From contig CAZKBG010000002.1 of assembly GCA_964551375.1 (NCBI GenBank), positions 45,558 through 77,557 on the forward strand: a DNA stretch of 32,000 bases, in the 5' to 3' direction. Under the pieces are notes generated by a model. That model was not told where the DNA came from. It saw only the letters and a list, made by a program, of their open reading frames with translations, and did not search any database. This DNA is from an uncultured archaeon. Lineage in GTDB: Archaea > Iainarchaeota > Iainarchaeia > Iainarchaeales > JAAZKV01. Both the position numbers and the translations under genes were made by a program. Positions 6,007 to 15,029 of the stretch are shown one piece after another (within the stretch, counting starts at the first letter, position 1; each line of letters starts with the position of its first letter).

Positions 6007-9000
6007 TTGATTTCAGAAAAGCTTGCGGGGTTTTACACAAAGCTTGAAGACAAATATTTTGATGTGCTTGACGCGCTTGACAAAAAAGGCATACCAGTTT
6101 ATGCTTATTCTGATTTTTTTGAAAATAAAGGAATACCAAGCTTTGTTGTGACAATAGCAATAATAGTCGCAATAATCGCAATTGTAACGCTTGCTCTAAC
6201 TTATCAAGGCGCTGATGTCGGCGAATTAACTTTATCATTAAAAGACAGCGACGGACAAAGCCTAAATGATGTTTCACTTGTAATAAAAGACGCAAAAGGA
6301 GAAGTGCTTTTTGAAGGAAGCGCAAGCGACGGAGAAACGATAAAATTAAACCGTGCGCTCTTTAACGGCGAAGAAATATCAATAACCGCCGAGGTGGAAG
6401 GATACCAGCCAAAAACAATCGCATTCACAGTCGGCGAAGAAAATAATGTTCCCAAATTATCATTTGACCCTTATTTTGAAGGAATTGAAGCTGCAGTAAG
6501 AGTAATTGATTCTGAAGGCTCAACTCCAGTATATGACGCAACAGTGCTTGCAAATTCAAGAGCAAATTTAAGCTACCAGTTTGTTTCAGACCAGAACGGA
6601 ATTTACAAAAAAAGCGGAGTTCCTGCCGGAGTAGATTTACTTCTAAAAATAACAGCAGAAGGATATGACAATTACGAGCAGACAGTTTCATTTAGAGCGG
6701 GCGAAGTAAGAGAAGTAATGCTTACTCCTTCAAATAATGGACTTGCGGCAGAAGTAAATATTGCAATTGATGTCTCAGGACCAGATGGCAAATCAATTGA
6801 CCAGGCAAAAGTAACTGTGTACGACAAAAGAAATTCAACAGTTCTATTTAGCAGCTACACAACAGACGGAACAGTGGTTGCAAAATTACTTTCAGGAGTT
6901 CCGCTAAGAATTGTTGTTGAAAAACAAGGGTACTTAACTTATGATTCTGATGTAGACGGCGGAGGAGTAACTGTACGAACTGACGGATTAAGATTCCCAG
7001 TTAAACTAAGACTTGGGGGGCAGAAATTACACGTAACTGTGCTTGATTCACAGTCAGCATTCGGCGTTGAAGGCGCAACAGTTCAATTGTTTAGAGAAAC
7101 AGGAGAATTAATTTCAAGCCAGGTTTCAAAAGTTTCAGGAGCTGAATTTAGCGGAATTGATTCAAATTTAACAATTTACGTTACAGCATACAGAGACGGA
7201 TACCTTCCCACAAGAGAGAAAGTAAGAGTAAGCATCACTGAAGAAGTAAAAATACTGCTCAATAAAGTAACTTCAAATAATTCAACAAGACTTGACATTT
7301 ACACGCTTGACAAGCTTGGAAAAACAGTTAACGGCGTAAAAATTTTAATAATTGATATTAACGGCTCGGAAAAAGTGCCTTATGGAATTCCAGAAATTGA
7401 AACAAGCGTTGCGGGATACGTTAATGCGACAGTTGCAATCGGAAAAACATACTCTGTAAAAGGATACACTGATGTTCTTGACGGAGCAATTGATGTTGAA
7501 GTAAAACAGGGCGAAATAGAAAAGAAAGTTTACTTAAAAATGCTGAAAAAATCAAACGTTTTAGAAATGAAATTCATTGACGTGTTTGGAAAAAATGTAA
7601 AAGGCAAATCCACAATATCAGGGCTTGACGGGACAATATTATTTGACGGACCGATTTTAGAAGGAAGCATATTCTTTGACGCGCAGCAAAAAGACGTAGT
7701 TGAAGTAATGGTTACAAAAGATGACGGAAATGTATTCACTGAAAATGTCACAGTAAAAGGAAAAGACTATGTTGAAGTAATGGTGTATTCAAAAGACTCC
7801 GCAGCTCTTTCTCCAACAATTGAATTTATTGGAATTGAAGACGAAAGTGGAAACGTAGCTGATGGAATAATTCCAGGCGCATTCTTCTGGGCAAAATTTA
7901 ATGTAACATTCCCAAGGTCAGCAACAAAAGGCGGAGTTCACTTTAGAGTAGGGCAGGACGATGTTGAATTTGTTGAATCAGAAAAATTTGCGTTATATGA
8001 TTTAAGCATGCAAAATGCGACAGTTGATTACTCTTTATCCTATACTCCTTTGCCAGCCCCAGGAAACGAAATAGTTGACAGGGCGAATAAAGGAACTCAA
8101 GGAAGCAAAAACAAGTGGATTGAAGGAGTTGTAAGCCAGCCCCAAGGAACATACACTGCAAAAATTAAAGTAAGAGCTGAAGACTTTTTAGCGGGAAAAG
8201 CAGAGTTAAAATTCAGAGCATGGGCAATAGTTGGCTCGGATTATTACAGAATGCCCCAAGACGCAGATCTTTTATCAAAAGGATACAGCGATAAAAAAGC
8301 GGCATTATACGCGCTGACAAGCACTCAATCAGTTACAATTTACGAATCCCTTCCTGAATGCGCGGATAATTTATGCATGGCAGTTAATTTTGTTGACGAA
8401 GACGAACAATTCCTAAATGAAAAAGGATTTGAAGCATGGAAAGGAAAACAATACGCAATTGAAATTGAATTATCAGCAAAAGAACAGGAATATGCGCAAG
8501 TTACAGTAACAACTGATGCCAATATTGATTTTAGCTCCTCGCAGACAACCAATTTTGGATTTGTAAAAAGAGGAGAGCAGATTGGGCAAGTAAAGAAAAC
8601 AGCAGCAGCTGCAGTGACAATAGCTAAAGGCGGAAAACAGAAAGTAAGATTCTACTTCACAGCAAACAAAGTAGGCGCGGCTTCAATTAATGTAAGCGCA
8701 ATAGGAAAATCAACAGTAGTAAAAGATGTTTTATTTAACGTAGTGGAAGAAAAATCACTTCTTATAGAATTATCAGAAAATCAGGTAATGGCAGGAAGAA
8801 ACTTTACAGTAAGAGTGACTGACTCGGGACTTAAAGGAGTAGAAAATGCTCTTGTAAAAATAATTGACAGCGAAGGAAAAACCGCAAAAAGCATTCTTGG
8901 CGACGGAACTGACGGAAAAGGAAAAAACGGATACTATAGAATACAAAATAATTTAGGAGTGGGCCTTTACACTGTTGAAGTATCACTAACAGGATATGCT

Positions 9001-12000
9001 ACACAAGCGCTTCCTTTGATGATTGCGACTCAAAATGTGCTTGCATTCAAAGAAGAACTTGAAGCAAAACTTCCAGTAAATCAAAAAAGCCTTGTAATAA
9101 CAGAAGCGCTTACAAACGAATCAGAATTTACAGTTCAAAATATTACAATCCAGACTGAATCAGAAAATGAAAAAGAAAAAACTGTTTCAAAAACAAGCAC
9201 AAGCACTACTGCAACTGACAGTTTCAAAGTAGTTGCTACCACAACCCCTGCATTAAGCAAAGGACAAAAACAGCCAGTGCAGATTACAGTAAGCTACCTT
9301 GGAGATTTAACAGAAAGCGCTGATGAAACAACCACAATTTCAATTTCAGGACTTGTTGAAGGAAAATTCCTCACAAAAACAACAGCAAAACTCCACATGA
9401 TGTATAATAAAAAACTTGACCCGACATGCCTTGAAGTAAAACCATCAAACGCGGTTCTAAATCTGCTTGGAAGCCCAGGCTCAACTGATACTACAACACT
9501 TGAAATTACAAATAACTGCGAAACAGCTCTTTACATTGCAAAAAGAATAAGAGAAACAACAACAGGCGCGCTAAGAGGAATGCAGCTTGACGCTGATAAT
9601 ATAGACCTTCAGCCAGGCGAAACAAAGAACCTTACAATTAGCGCGGTAAACCAGATAGCAAGAGGAGCCTCAAGAGAGCAATCCTTCGGATTTGAACTTG
9701 TTTATGACTCAAACGCAATTAAGAAAACAATTCCAGTAACAGTAAAAACAATTAATCCGGTATTTGCGCTTAATTACCCTGCGCAAATAACTCTATACTT
9801 AGCGCAGACAAATGTGAATGAAAAAGCAACTGCTGCACAGCCGATATTTATCTCAAATAGGTCATCCTTCCCAATTGATAATATACAATTAGCGCAAGGA
9901 ACTGATTCACTATCTCAGGCAAATGTAAAACTCACAATCGAACCAACTGCAACTGTAAGCCTCCTTCCTGGACAGGCAATATCCCCTCCAAAAATATTAT
10001 TCGCTTCAGCAAGCTCAAGAATAACCGAGCCGGTAAAAGCAAGAATTGACATAAGCGGAACAATGGGAAACCTTGAAAACAGGTCATGGCAGAACGACAA
10101 TTACGGCTATTCAAATAATTACACAAATTCTTCAAGATCAATAAATACTTACTCGCAGGCAAACTCAAGAAATTACTATAATAATTACTACGGAAGCACA
10201 GGGCAAATGCTTGGCTCAATAGATGTAACAGTATTCTATTCAGGATACAACTGCTTAACAGGACACGTTACTGAATCATTCTTCTTCCCAAGCGAAGGCG
10301 GGGAAATAGGAAAATTAATTAAAATAGTAAACGGATGCGCTGAACCAGTTACAGTAGTGGGAGTGTCGCAGGCATCTCAGGCAAAAAGCCAGACAATCTT
10401 TGGAATGCCAGCAGTAATGACTTCAATTATGATGGGAGTGCCAAGAGTAAGCGTAGCTCCAGGACAAATGATACAAGTTCCAATGACAATTAGAACAGCA
10501 ATACCAAATATAAAAAGACAAAATTACCAAGTAGTGCTTGAAGCAATTTCAGAAGTAAGCCAAACTCCAATTACTTCAAAACCATTCCCAGTAAATATTT
10601 CATCAGGAAACAGCACAAGAGAAGAGCATGTTAAAGGCGCTCCTGTAAAAGTAAAAGTATGCGGCTCGCAGACAGAAACAGAAGTAGTAATGCCAAAAAT
10701 AGTTGAAAACGCAAACTGCGCAGAAGGATACTGCGATGCAAAAAACGCTGTGAAATACATTGCCGCAAAAGTTGAAAAAGTAATACAAAACGCAAGATCC
10801 CAAGGATACTCATACAAAAACACAATTGAAAATGAAGTAATACCGTGCCAAGTAACAGGAATATGCACATTCGAAGAACTGAATATGGTTCCTGAAGAAT
10901 TTGACTTATACTTACAGAACGACAGAATCACTCCAGAACTGCTTGAAGCTGAATTAAACAAAGTTCAATACGAAGGCGCAAACAATACTCCATACAGAGA
11001 AACTGTTGGAACAACAAACGGATTAGTAGTAGAGCCAAAGTATGTTGAATTATCAGTAATCAGAGGGTTCATACTAACAGGATATTATAGAAGAATATTC
11101 CTTGACCCAGCATTTACTGGATGCGGATATTATAGAATTGCAATAAACGGAGCATTCCCAGCAGGACCTCAAGGGCTTGACTCAATGTCCCCAGTACTTT
11201 CAATAAATGCAGTTCCTCAAAATTCAAGAAGCTCCCTATTAACAAACGAGTGCGTTTCATCAATACAAAATATTGAAAACTTCAATCCAATAGACACAGG
11301 ACTTGAGCCTGGAAGAGAATTCGGCACATGGATGACAACAATAACCACTGATTCACAGCTAAAAGACCTCGCAACACAAATATCAAAATCAAGATACAAA
11401 TCAGAAAAGAGAGTGGCATCGGGAATCGGAAACAAAGTTGAATTAAAAGTTGGAGCATTAACTGGCATACTTGCGCAGGCATGCATAAGCGGAAATGACA
11501 GAAGAACAATTTCAGTTACAATTGCGGACACAATGCTAAGAACAAATGACGCTGCGACAAAAACTGCGTTTAACACAGCAGTTGTAAAAATGATTTCAGA
11601 CGCATTGAACGGCTCATTTGGGGACAACTGCCTTGTGAGAAGCGGAGATTCATACTCATGCGTTAACTTAACTGACTTGCCAAGCTCAATAGGCAAAAGA
11701 CAGCTTGCTCTCCTTAACACTTCTATTAACTTTATTTCCCAAAACGGGGGGTGCACAACTGGAACAGTGTACTCAAATGTTCCTGAATCGCTCAACTTTG
11801 AAGTGACTCCAAATTCAGTTAAAAAGGAATTTATTGGAATAAGAAGAATTTCAATAAGCGCTGATGATGCTTTAAACGGTCCGATTGCCACAATTTCAAA
11901 AACACCAACTGGAAATACTACAGTTGGAACAACTACAAATGCTTCCTCAACTTCATCAGCACAGCCTGCTGTTTCAACTCAACCACCTACTCCAACTCAG

Positions 12001-14883
12001 CCTTCTGCTCCGACTCCACCAGCAGGAGGAAATACATCTGGAAGAACTCCTCCGACTCAGCCGCCCGCTCCGACTCCGCCAACTGCATCTAATGCAAATT
12101 TAAATTCACAACTGCCAGCTTACTCTTCAAAAGCAATTGAAACAGGCGAAATGTACTCCAAAACATTCTTTGGAGCGACTCAAAACCAGTCTTTAGATAA
12201 GCCGATGGTGCTAAAGGAAAATCCGGCTTCTTCGGATTATAGATATTATAGAAACATAAAAATCTGCGCAGAACCTGGCGACTCACAATTCAGCGGAGTA
12301 GACCCACAGCTTGCATACATACAAGCAAATGGAGTGCAGTTTGATGTTGAAGTTCTAAATAGAGAAGCAAAAGAAAATAAAGGAACCTCAAAACAGACTA
12401 TCACAATTTCAACAGGAACAATGCACCCTGATGATTTAATTACCGCAATCGCAGACATTACAAGCAGACGCATTGAGCCAGGAAAGCCTTATTACTTAAC
12501 AGCAATGTGGGAAGGAGGACCTGACGCATTAAACCTTGAAGCTTATAAAAATTCATTATTAAAACAGGGAAAACTGAAAGGAACAAGCATTGCTGGAGAC
12601 GAAAAAACAGACGGAACACTTGATGCGCAGACAAAAGGAAAAGCTGCTGCATTTAATAAATATCTAATGAATTGCGCAGTATCTTCTGCGATATGCAACG
12701 GACTGCTCGGCCCTGCTAATGCAGTTCTTGGAGTTCTTGGAGACTGTGGAATTCCAGCTACTCTTGTGCTAAGAGAAGATATGTACGCCGCTTACCCTTC
12801 ATCAAGAAGCGTGGGAGAATTAATTTCAGGCGCTGTTGGAACAATAATCGGCGCATTAAATACTGTATTTGAAACAGTTGGACTTGGAAAAGACTTGATT
12901 CCAAAAAATCTTTTCGGAGATGAAGGGCTTGGAAGGCTTGCTCCTCAAAGCTGGTCTGAAGCAAATGTAAAAACAAAAGCAATAGTTGAAGGAACTATAG
13001 GCGGACTTGGAGCAGAAGCTCTTAGAGCGGCTCCGCTTGGATTGTCAAGATTTGGAGGCGCATTAAATAAACAGAGCATAAGCGCTTACTCAACAGAAAT
13101 AGGGACGCTTTACGAAAAGCAGATGCAGACTTTGCTTGAGTCTTCAATAAATCCTGCATTAACTACTGCTGAAAAAGAGGCAATGAAAAGAACTGCCGGA
13201 CAAATTGCAAAAGAATATGGACAGACTGTTTCAGAAAGCTTTTCTAAGAACCTGCTTGACCAATACGACGCAGCATGGAAAAGAAAAGGATTCCCGTTGA
13301 ATTTTGAGAGCAACCTTTATGCTACTGCAGTTCCGGATACTGAAAAAGCAGTTGGGGAAGCGCTTTCAAAATCAAAAATAAGCACAGGAGAATTCCTTGC
13401 TAAAAAATCATCAACAGGAGTGACAAACATTGAGAGATTATTCAACGGAACATCAGTGGCTGATATAAAATCAAAAGGACTAATTGCGCCTGCAAGCGAC
13501 CTTGAAACAATTTTTAACAGACAATTCAGCCTTGATGCAGGAACATTCAATTCGAAAATAATGGAAAAATTCAAAAGCTACGGGTATACTGAAGGCTCAT
13601 ATGTTACAAAGAATCTCACTTCAGACGATTTGAGACCGATTGTTGAAGATTTAATTAAAGAAGACTTAAAAGTTACTGACGGAGTTGCGCGAAAGAAAAT
13701 TGTTGATGATATTCTTAGAAAAATGGCTACAGGTTCAACAACATCTACGGGGGCATACACTCCAAAGAATTATGCTGCTGCAACAGAAACAATTTCAAAA
13801 GGAACTAAATTTTATTCAGGAGGGGCATCTCCTCAAACAATACTATCTGATGTAAGGTCTGCTGCTGATGATGTGCTTAACGATTATTTGATAAAGAGCG
13901 GAAAAATGGCTGATTTTGCAAAAACTGCAGGCGCAGAGCTTGACAAAACAATAGCCGGCGCATTGTCTGATGATGTTTCAAAAGTTGGCAAAGCTTCAAA
14001 GTGGAAAGCCGCAGCACAAGGGGTTTTTACAAAGCGCTTTGCGGGGATGGCTGCAACAGGAATTTTATGCGGAGTAGCATCAAACGCAATTGGAATGAAT
14101 GCTTATGACTCACAGCTTCAGACAACAATAAAAGAAGAAGGAAAAAGAATTGTTGAACTTCCAAATATAATACTTGAAAAAGGACAGACTTACCTGCTAA
14201 AGAAAAGCGACAAAGAAGTAAACGGCAAGAATCCTTACTCAATGACAAAAATTGCAAACCAGTCAGATTTGACTACCCCAGTTCTTGGAAAACAGCCAGA
14301 AAGAATTTCAAGCCAGCCTGACAACAAAGACAAGCTTCCTGAACAGAGACCGCTTACTGCTTACCCAATAGTAACAAACAGAACCGTTGCAATCAAACTT
14401 GCGACAAGCAAAGAAGGCTCGGTATTTATGAAAACAAATGTTGGAAGAGATACTGCAAAAATACAGGAATCTGATCCGTTCATTAGATTCTCAAATCCAG
14501 AATTCATCGCGCTGGTATTCAAATACACAGGCATGATTGGATTTGACTGCAAGCAAAAACCTGCTGCTTCTGCAAATGACACTGTGGCTATGGGAGCAGA
14601 GCCGCTTGCTATTGCAATAGGAACAACAAAAGCAGCATTGAGAGAATATACTTCTGAAGGTGTGAGCAGGGAATATAATGGAGAAAGCACATGGCTCAAA
14701 GAGAAACTCCGAATTGCGCTTGAAGCGAGAAAAAGCACAGCTGATAAAATTGACTTGAGCGTGGCAAAGAAAGTATTCCCAAAAGCAAATCAGGAAGATT
14801 TGCAGATATTCGTTGACGATGTTGCATTCTGGGAAAAAGCATTTACTCAATCTTCTCAAGAGTCGGCTAACTACTGCCCATAA
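6007..14883 (+). CDS. Giant surface protein 1 (2958 aa): N-terminal signal-anchor, multiple carboxypeptidase-regulatory-like/PEGA/Ig-like beta-sandwich repeats, P/T linker, ~930-aa C-terminal region with Gly-zipper hydrophobic segments
   Basis: Uninterrupted 8.9-kb ORF with a TTG start. The N-terminus ISEKLAGFYTKLEDKYFDVLDALDKKGIPVYAYSDFFENKGIPSF plus a TM helix (aa 45-66) is paralogous to the other two giants. Repeated modules follow the pattern xLTLxhxDxxGxxhxxhxhxhxD...G...h....GY, for example ELTLSLKDSDGQSLNDVSLVIKDAKGE...EVEGYQPKTIAFTV. Many N-x-S/T sequons. Confidence 0.85.
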   Translation: MISEKLAGFYTKLEDKYFDVLDALDKKGIPVYAYSDFFENKGIPSFVVTIAIIVAIIAIVTLALTYQGADVGELTLSLKDSDGQSLNDVSLVIKDAKGEVLFEGSASDGETIKLNRALFNGEEISITAEVEGYQPKTIAFTVGEENNVPKLSFDPYFEGIEAAVRVIDSEGSTPVYDATVLANSRANLSYQFVSDQNGIYKKSGVPAGVDLLLKITAEGYDNYEQTVSFRAGEVREVMLTPSNNGLAAEVNIAIDVSGPDGKSIDQAKVTVYDKRNSTVLFSSYTTDGTVVAKLLSGVPLRIVVEKQGYLTYDSDVDGGGVTVRTDGLRFPVKLRLGGQKLHVTVLDSQSAFGVEGATVQLFRETGELISSQVSKVSGAEFSGIDSNLTIYVTAYRDGYLPTREKVRVSITEEVKILLNKVTSNNSTRLDIYTLDKLGKTVNGVKILIIDINGSEKVPYGIPEIETSVAGYVNATVAIGKTYSVKGYTDVLDGAIDVEVKQGEIEKKVYLKMLKKSNVLEMKFIDVFGKNVKGKSTISGLDGTILFDGPILEGSIFFDAQQKDVVEVMVTKDDGNVFTENVTVKGKDYVEVMVYSKDSAALSPTIEFIGIEDESGNVADGIIPGAFFWAKFNVTFPRSATKGGVHFRVGQDDVEFVESEKFALYDLSMQNATVDYSLSYTPLPAPGNEIVDRANKGTQGSKNKWIEGVVSQPQGTYTAKIKVRAEDFLAGKAELKFRAWAIVGSDYYRMPQDADLLSKGYSDKKAALYALTSTQSVTIYESLPECADNLCMAVNFVDEDEQFLNEKGFEAWKGKQYAIEIELSAKEQEYAQVTVTTDANIDFSSSQTTNFGFVKRGEQIGQVKKTAAAAVTIAKGGKQKVRFYFTANKVGAASINVSAIGKSTVVKDVLFNVVEEKSLLIELSENQVMAGRNFTVRVTDSGLKGVENALVKIIDSEGKTAKSILGDGTDGKGKNGYYRIQNNLGVGLYTVEVSLTGYATQALPLMIATQNVLAFKEELEAKLPVNQKSLVITEALTNESEFTVQNITIQTESENEKEKTVSKTSTSTTATDSFKVVATTTPALSKGQKQPVQITVSYLGDLTESADETTTISISGLVEGKFLTKTTAKLHMMYNKKLDPTCLEVKPSNAVLNLLGSPGSTDTTTLEITNNCETALYIAKRIRETTTGALRGMQLDADNIDLQPGETKNLTISAVNQIARGASREQSFGFELVYDSNAIKKTIPVTVKTINPVFALNYPAQITLYLAQTNVNEKATAAQPIFISNRSSFPIDNIQLAQGTDSLSQANVKLTIEPTATVSLLPGQAISPPKILFASASSRITEPVKARIDISGTMGNLENRSWQNDNYGYSNNYTNSSRSINTYSQANSRNYYNNYYGSTGQMLGSIDVTVFYSGYNCLTGHVTESFFFPSEGGEIGKLIKIVNGCAEPVTVVGVSQASQAKSQTIFGMPAVMTSIMMGVPRVSVAPGQMIQVPMTIRTAIPNIKRQNYQVVLEAISEVSQTPITSKPFPVNISSGNSTREEHVKGAPVKVKVCGSQTETEVVMPKIVENANCAEGYCDAKNAVKYIAAKVEKVIQNARSQGYSYKNTIENEVIPCQVTGICTFEELNMVPEEFDLYLQNDRITPELLEAELNKVQYEGANNTPYRETVGTTNGLVVEPKYVELSVIRGFILTGYYRRIFLDPAFTGCGYYRIAINGAFPAGPQGLDSMSPVLSINAVPQNSRSSLLTNECVSSIQNIENFNPIDTGLEPGREFGTWMTTITTDSQLKDLATQISKSRYKSEKRVASGIGNKVELKVGALTGILAQACISGNDRRTISVTIADTMLRTNDAATKTAFNTAVVKMISDALNGSFGDNCLVRSGDSYSCVNLTDLPSSIGKRQLALLNTSINFISQNGGCTTGTVYSNVPESLNFEVTPNSVKKEFIGIRRISISADDALNGPIATISKTPTGNTTVGTTTNASSTSSAQPAVSTQPPTPTQPSAPTPPAGGNTSGRTPPTQPPAPTPPTASNANLNSQLPAYSSKAIETGEMYSKTFFGATQNQSLDKPMVLKENPASSDYRYYRNIKICAEPGDSQFSGVDPQLAYIQANGVQFDVEVLNREAKENKGTSKQTITISTGTMHPDDLITAIADITSRRIEPGKPYYLTAMWEGGPDALNLEAYKNSLLKQGKLKGTSIAGDEKTDGTLDAQTKGKAAAFNKYLMNCAVSSAICNGLLGPANAVLGVLGDCGIPATLVLREDMYAAYPSSRSVGELISGAVGTIIGALNTVFETVGLGKDLIPKNLFGDEGLGRLAPQSWSEANVKTKAIVEGTIGGLGAEALRAAPLGLSRFGGALNKQSISAYSTEIGTLYEKQMQTLLESSINPALTTAEKEAMKRTAGQIAKEYGQTVSESFSKNLLDQYDAAWKRKGFPLNFESNLYATAVPDTEKAVGEALSKSKISTGEFLAKKSSTGVTNIERLFNGTSVADIKSKGLIAPASDLETIFNRQFSLDAGTFNSKIMEKFKSYGYTEGSYVTKNLTSDDLRPIVEDLIKEDLKVTDGVARKKIVDDILRKMATGSTTSTGAYTPKNYAAATETISKGTKFYSGGASPQTILSDVRSAADDVLNDYLIKSGKMADFAKTAGAELDKTIAGALSDDVSKVGKASKWKAAAQGVFTKRFAGMAATGILCGVASNAIGMNAYDSQLQTTIKEEGKRIVELPNIILEKGQTYLLKKSDKEVNGKNPYSMTKIANQSDLTTPVLGKQPERISSQPDNKDKLPEQRPLTAYPIVTNRTVAIKLATSKEGSVFMKTNVGRDTAKIQESDPFIRFSNPEFIALVFKYTGMIGFDCKQKPAASANDTVAMGAEPLAIAIGTTKAALREYTSEGVSREYNGESTWLKEKLRIALEARKSTADKIDLSVAKKVFPKANQEDLQIFVDDVAFWEKAFTQSSQESANYCP
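10087..10206 (+). repeat. Tyr/Asn/Ser-rich low-complexity segment inside giant protein 1
   Basis: WQNDNYGYSNNYTNSSRSINTYSQANSRNYYNNYYGSTGQ. Confidence 0.7.
11980..12087 (+). repeat. Pro/Thr-rich linker with an internal duplication inside giant protein 1
   Basis: QPPTPTQPSAPTPPAGGNTSGRTPPTQPPAPTPPTA. The unit PTQP(S/P)APTPP occurs twice. It separates the beta-sandwich-rich part from the C-terminal region. Confidence 0.75.
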
Positions 14884-14956
14884 TTTTTAATCATAAACTT
14901 AATTTCTCACACCATTAGTCGCTTAGAAACTCTTTTTAATAACAAAAACCTTCTAA

Positions 14957-14995
14957 ATCAGAAGTCAAGTCTGATGCAGCCGGATTTTTTGGCTG
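14957..14995 (+). terminator. Two adjacent small hairpins with a T6 run, either a terminator of giant gene 1 or a 5' UTR structure of the next gene
   Basis: First hairpin: ATCAGA (14957-14962) / TCTGAT (14970-14975) with a 7-nt loop. Second hairpin: CAGCC (14977-14981) / GGCTG (14991-14995), whose loop contains T6. Confidence 0.25.
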
Positions 14996-15029
14996 AGAAT
15001 TGATTTGATTGTCAAGTTTAGTTGATTTT

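Noticed and set aside
5984-6325. A 113-aa minus-strand ORF overlapping the start of giant gene 1.
   Set aside because: It is antisense to the conserved N-terminal module shared by all three giants. Its translation is a Leu/Gln/Arg-rich low-complexity string.
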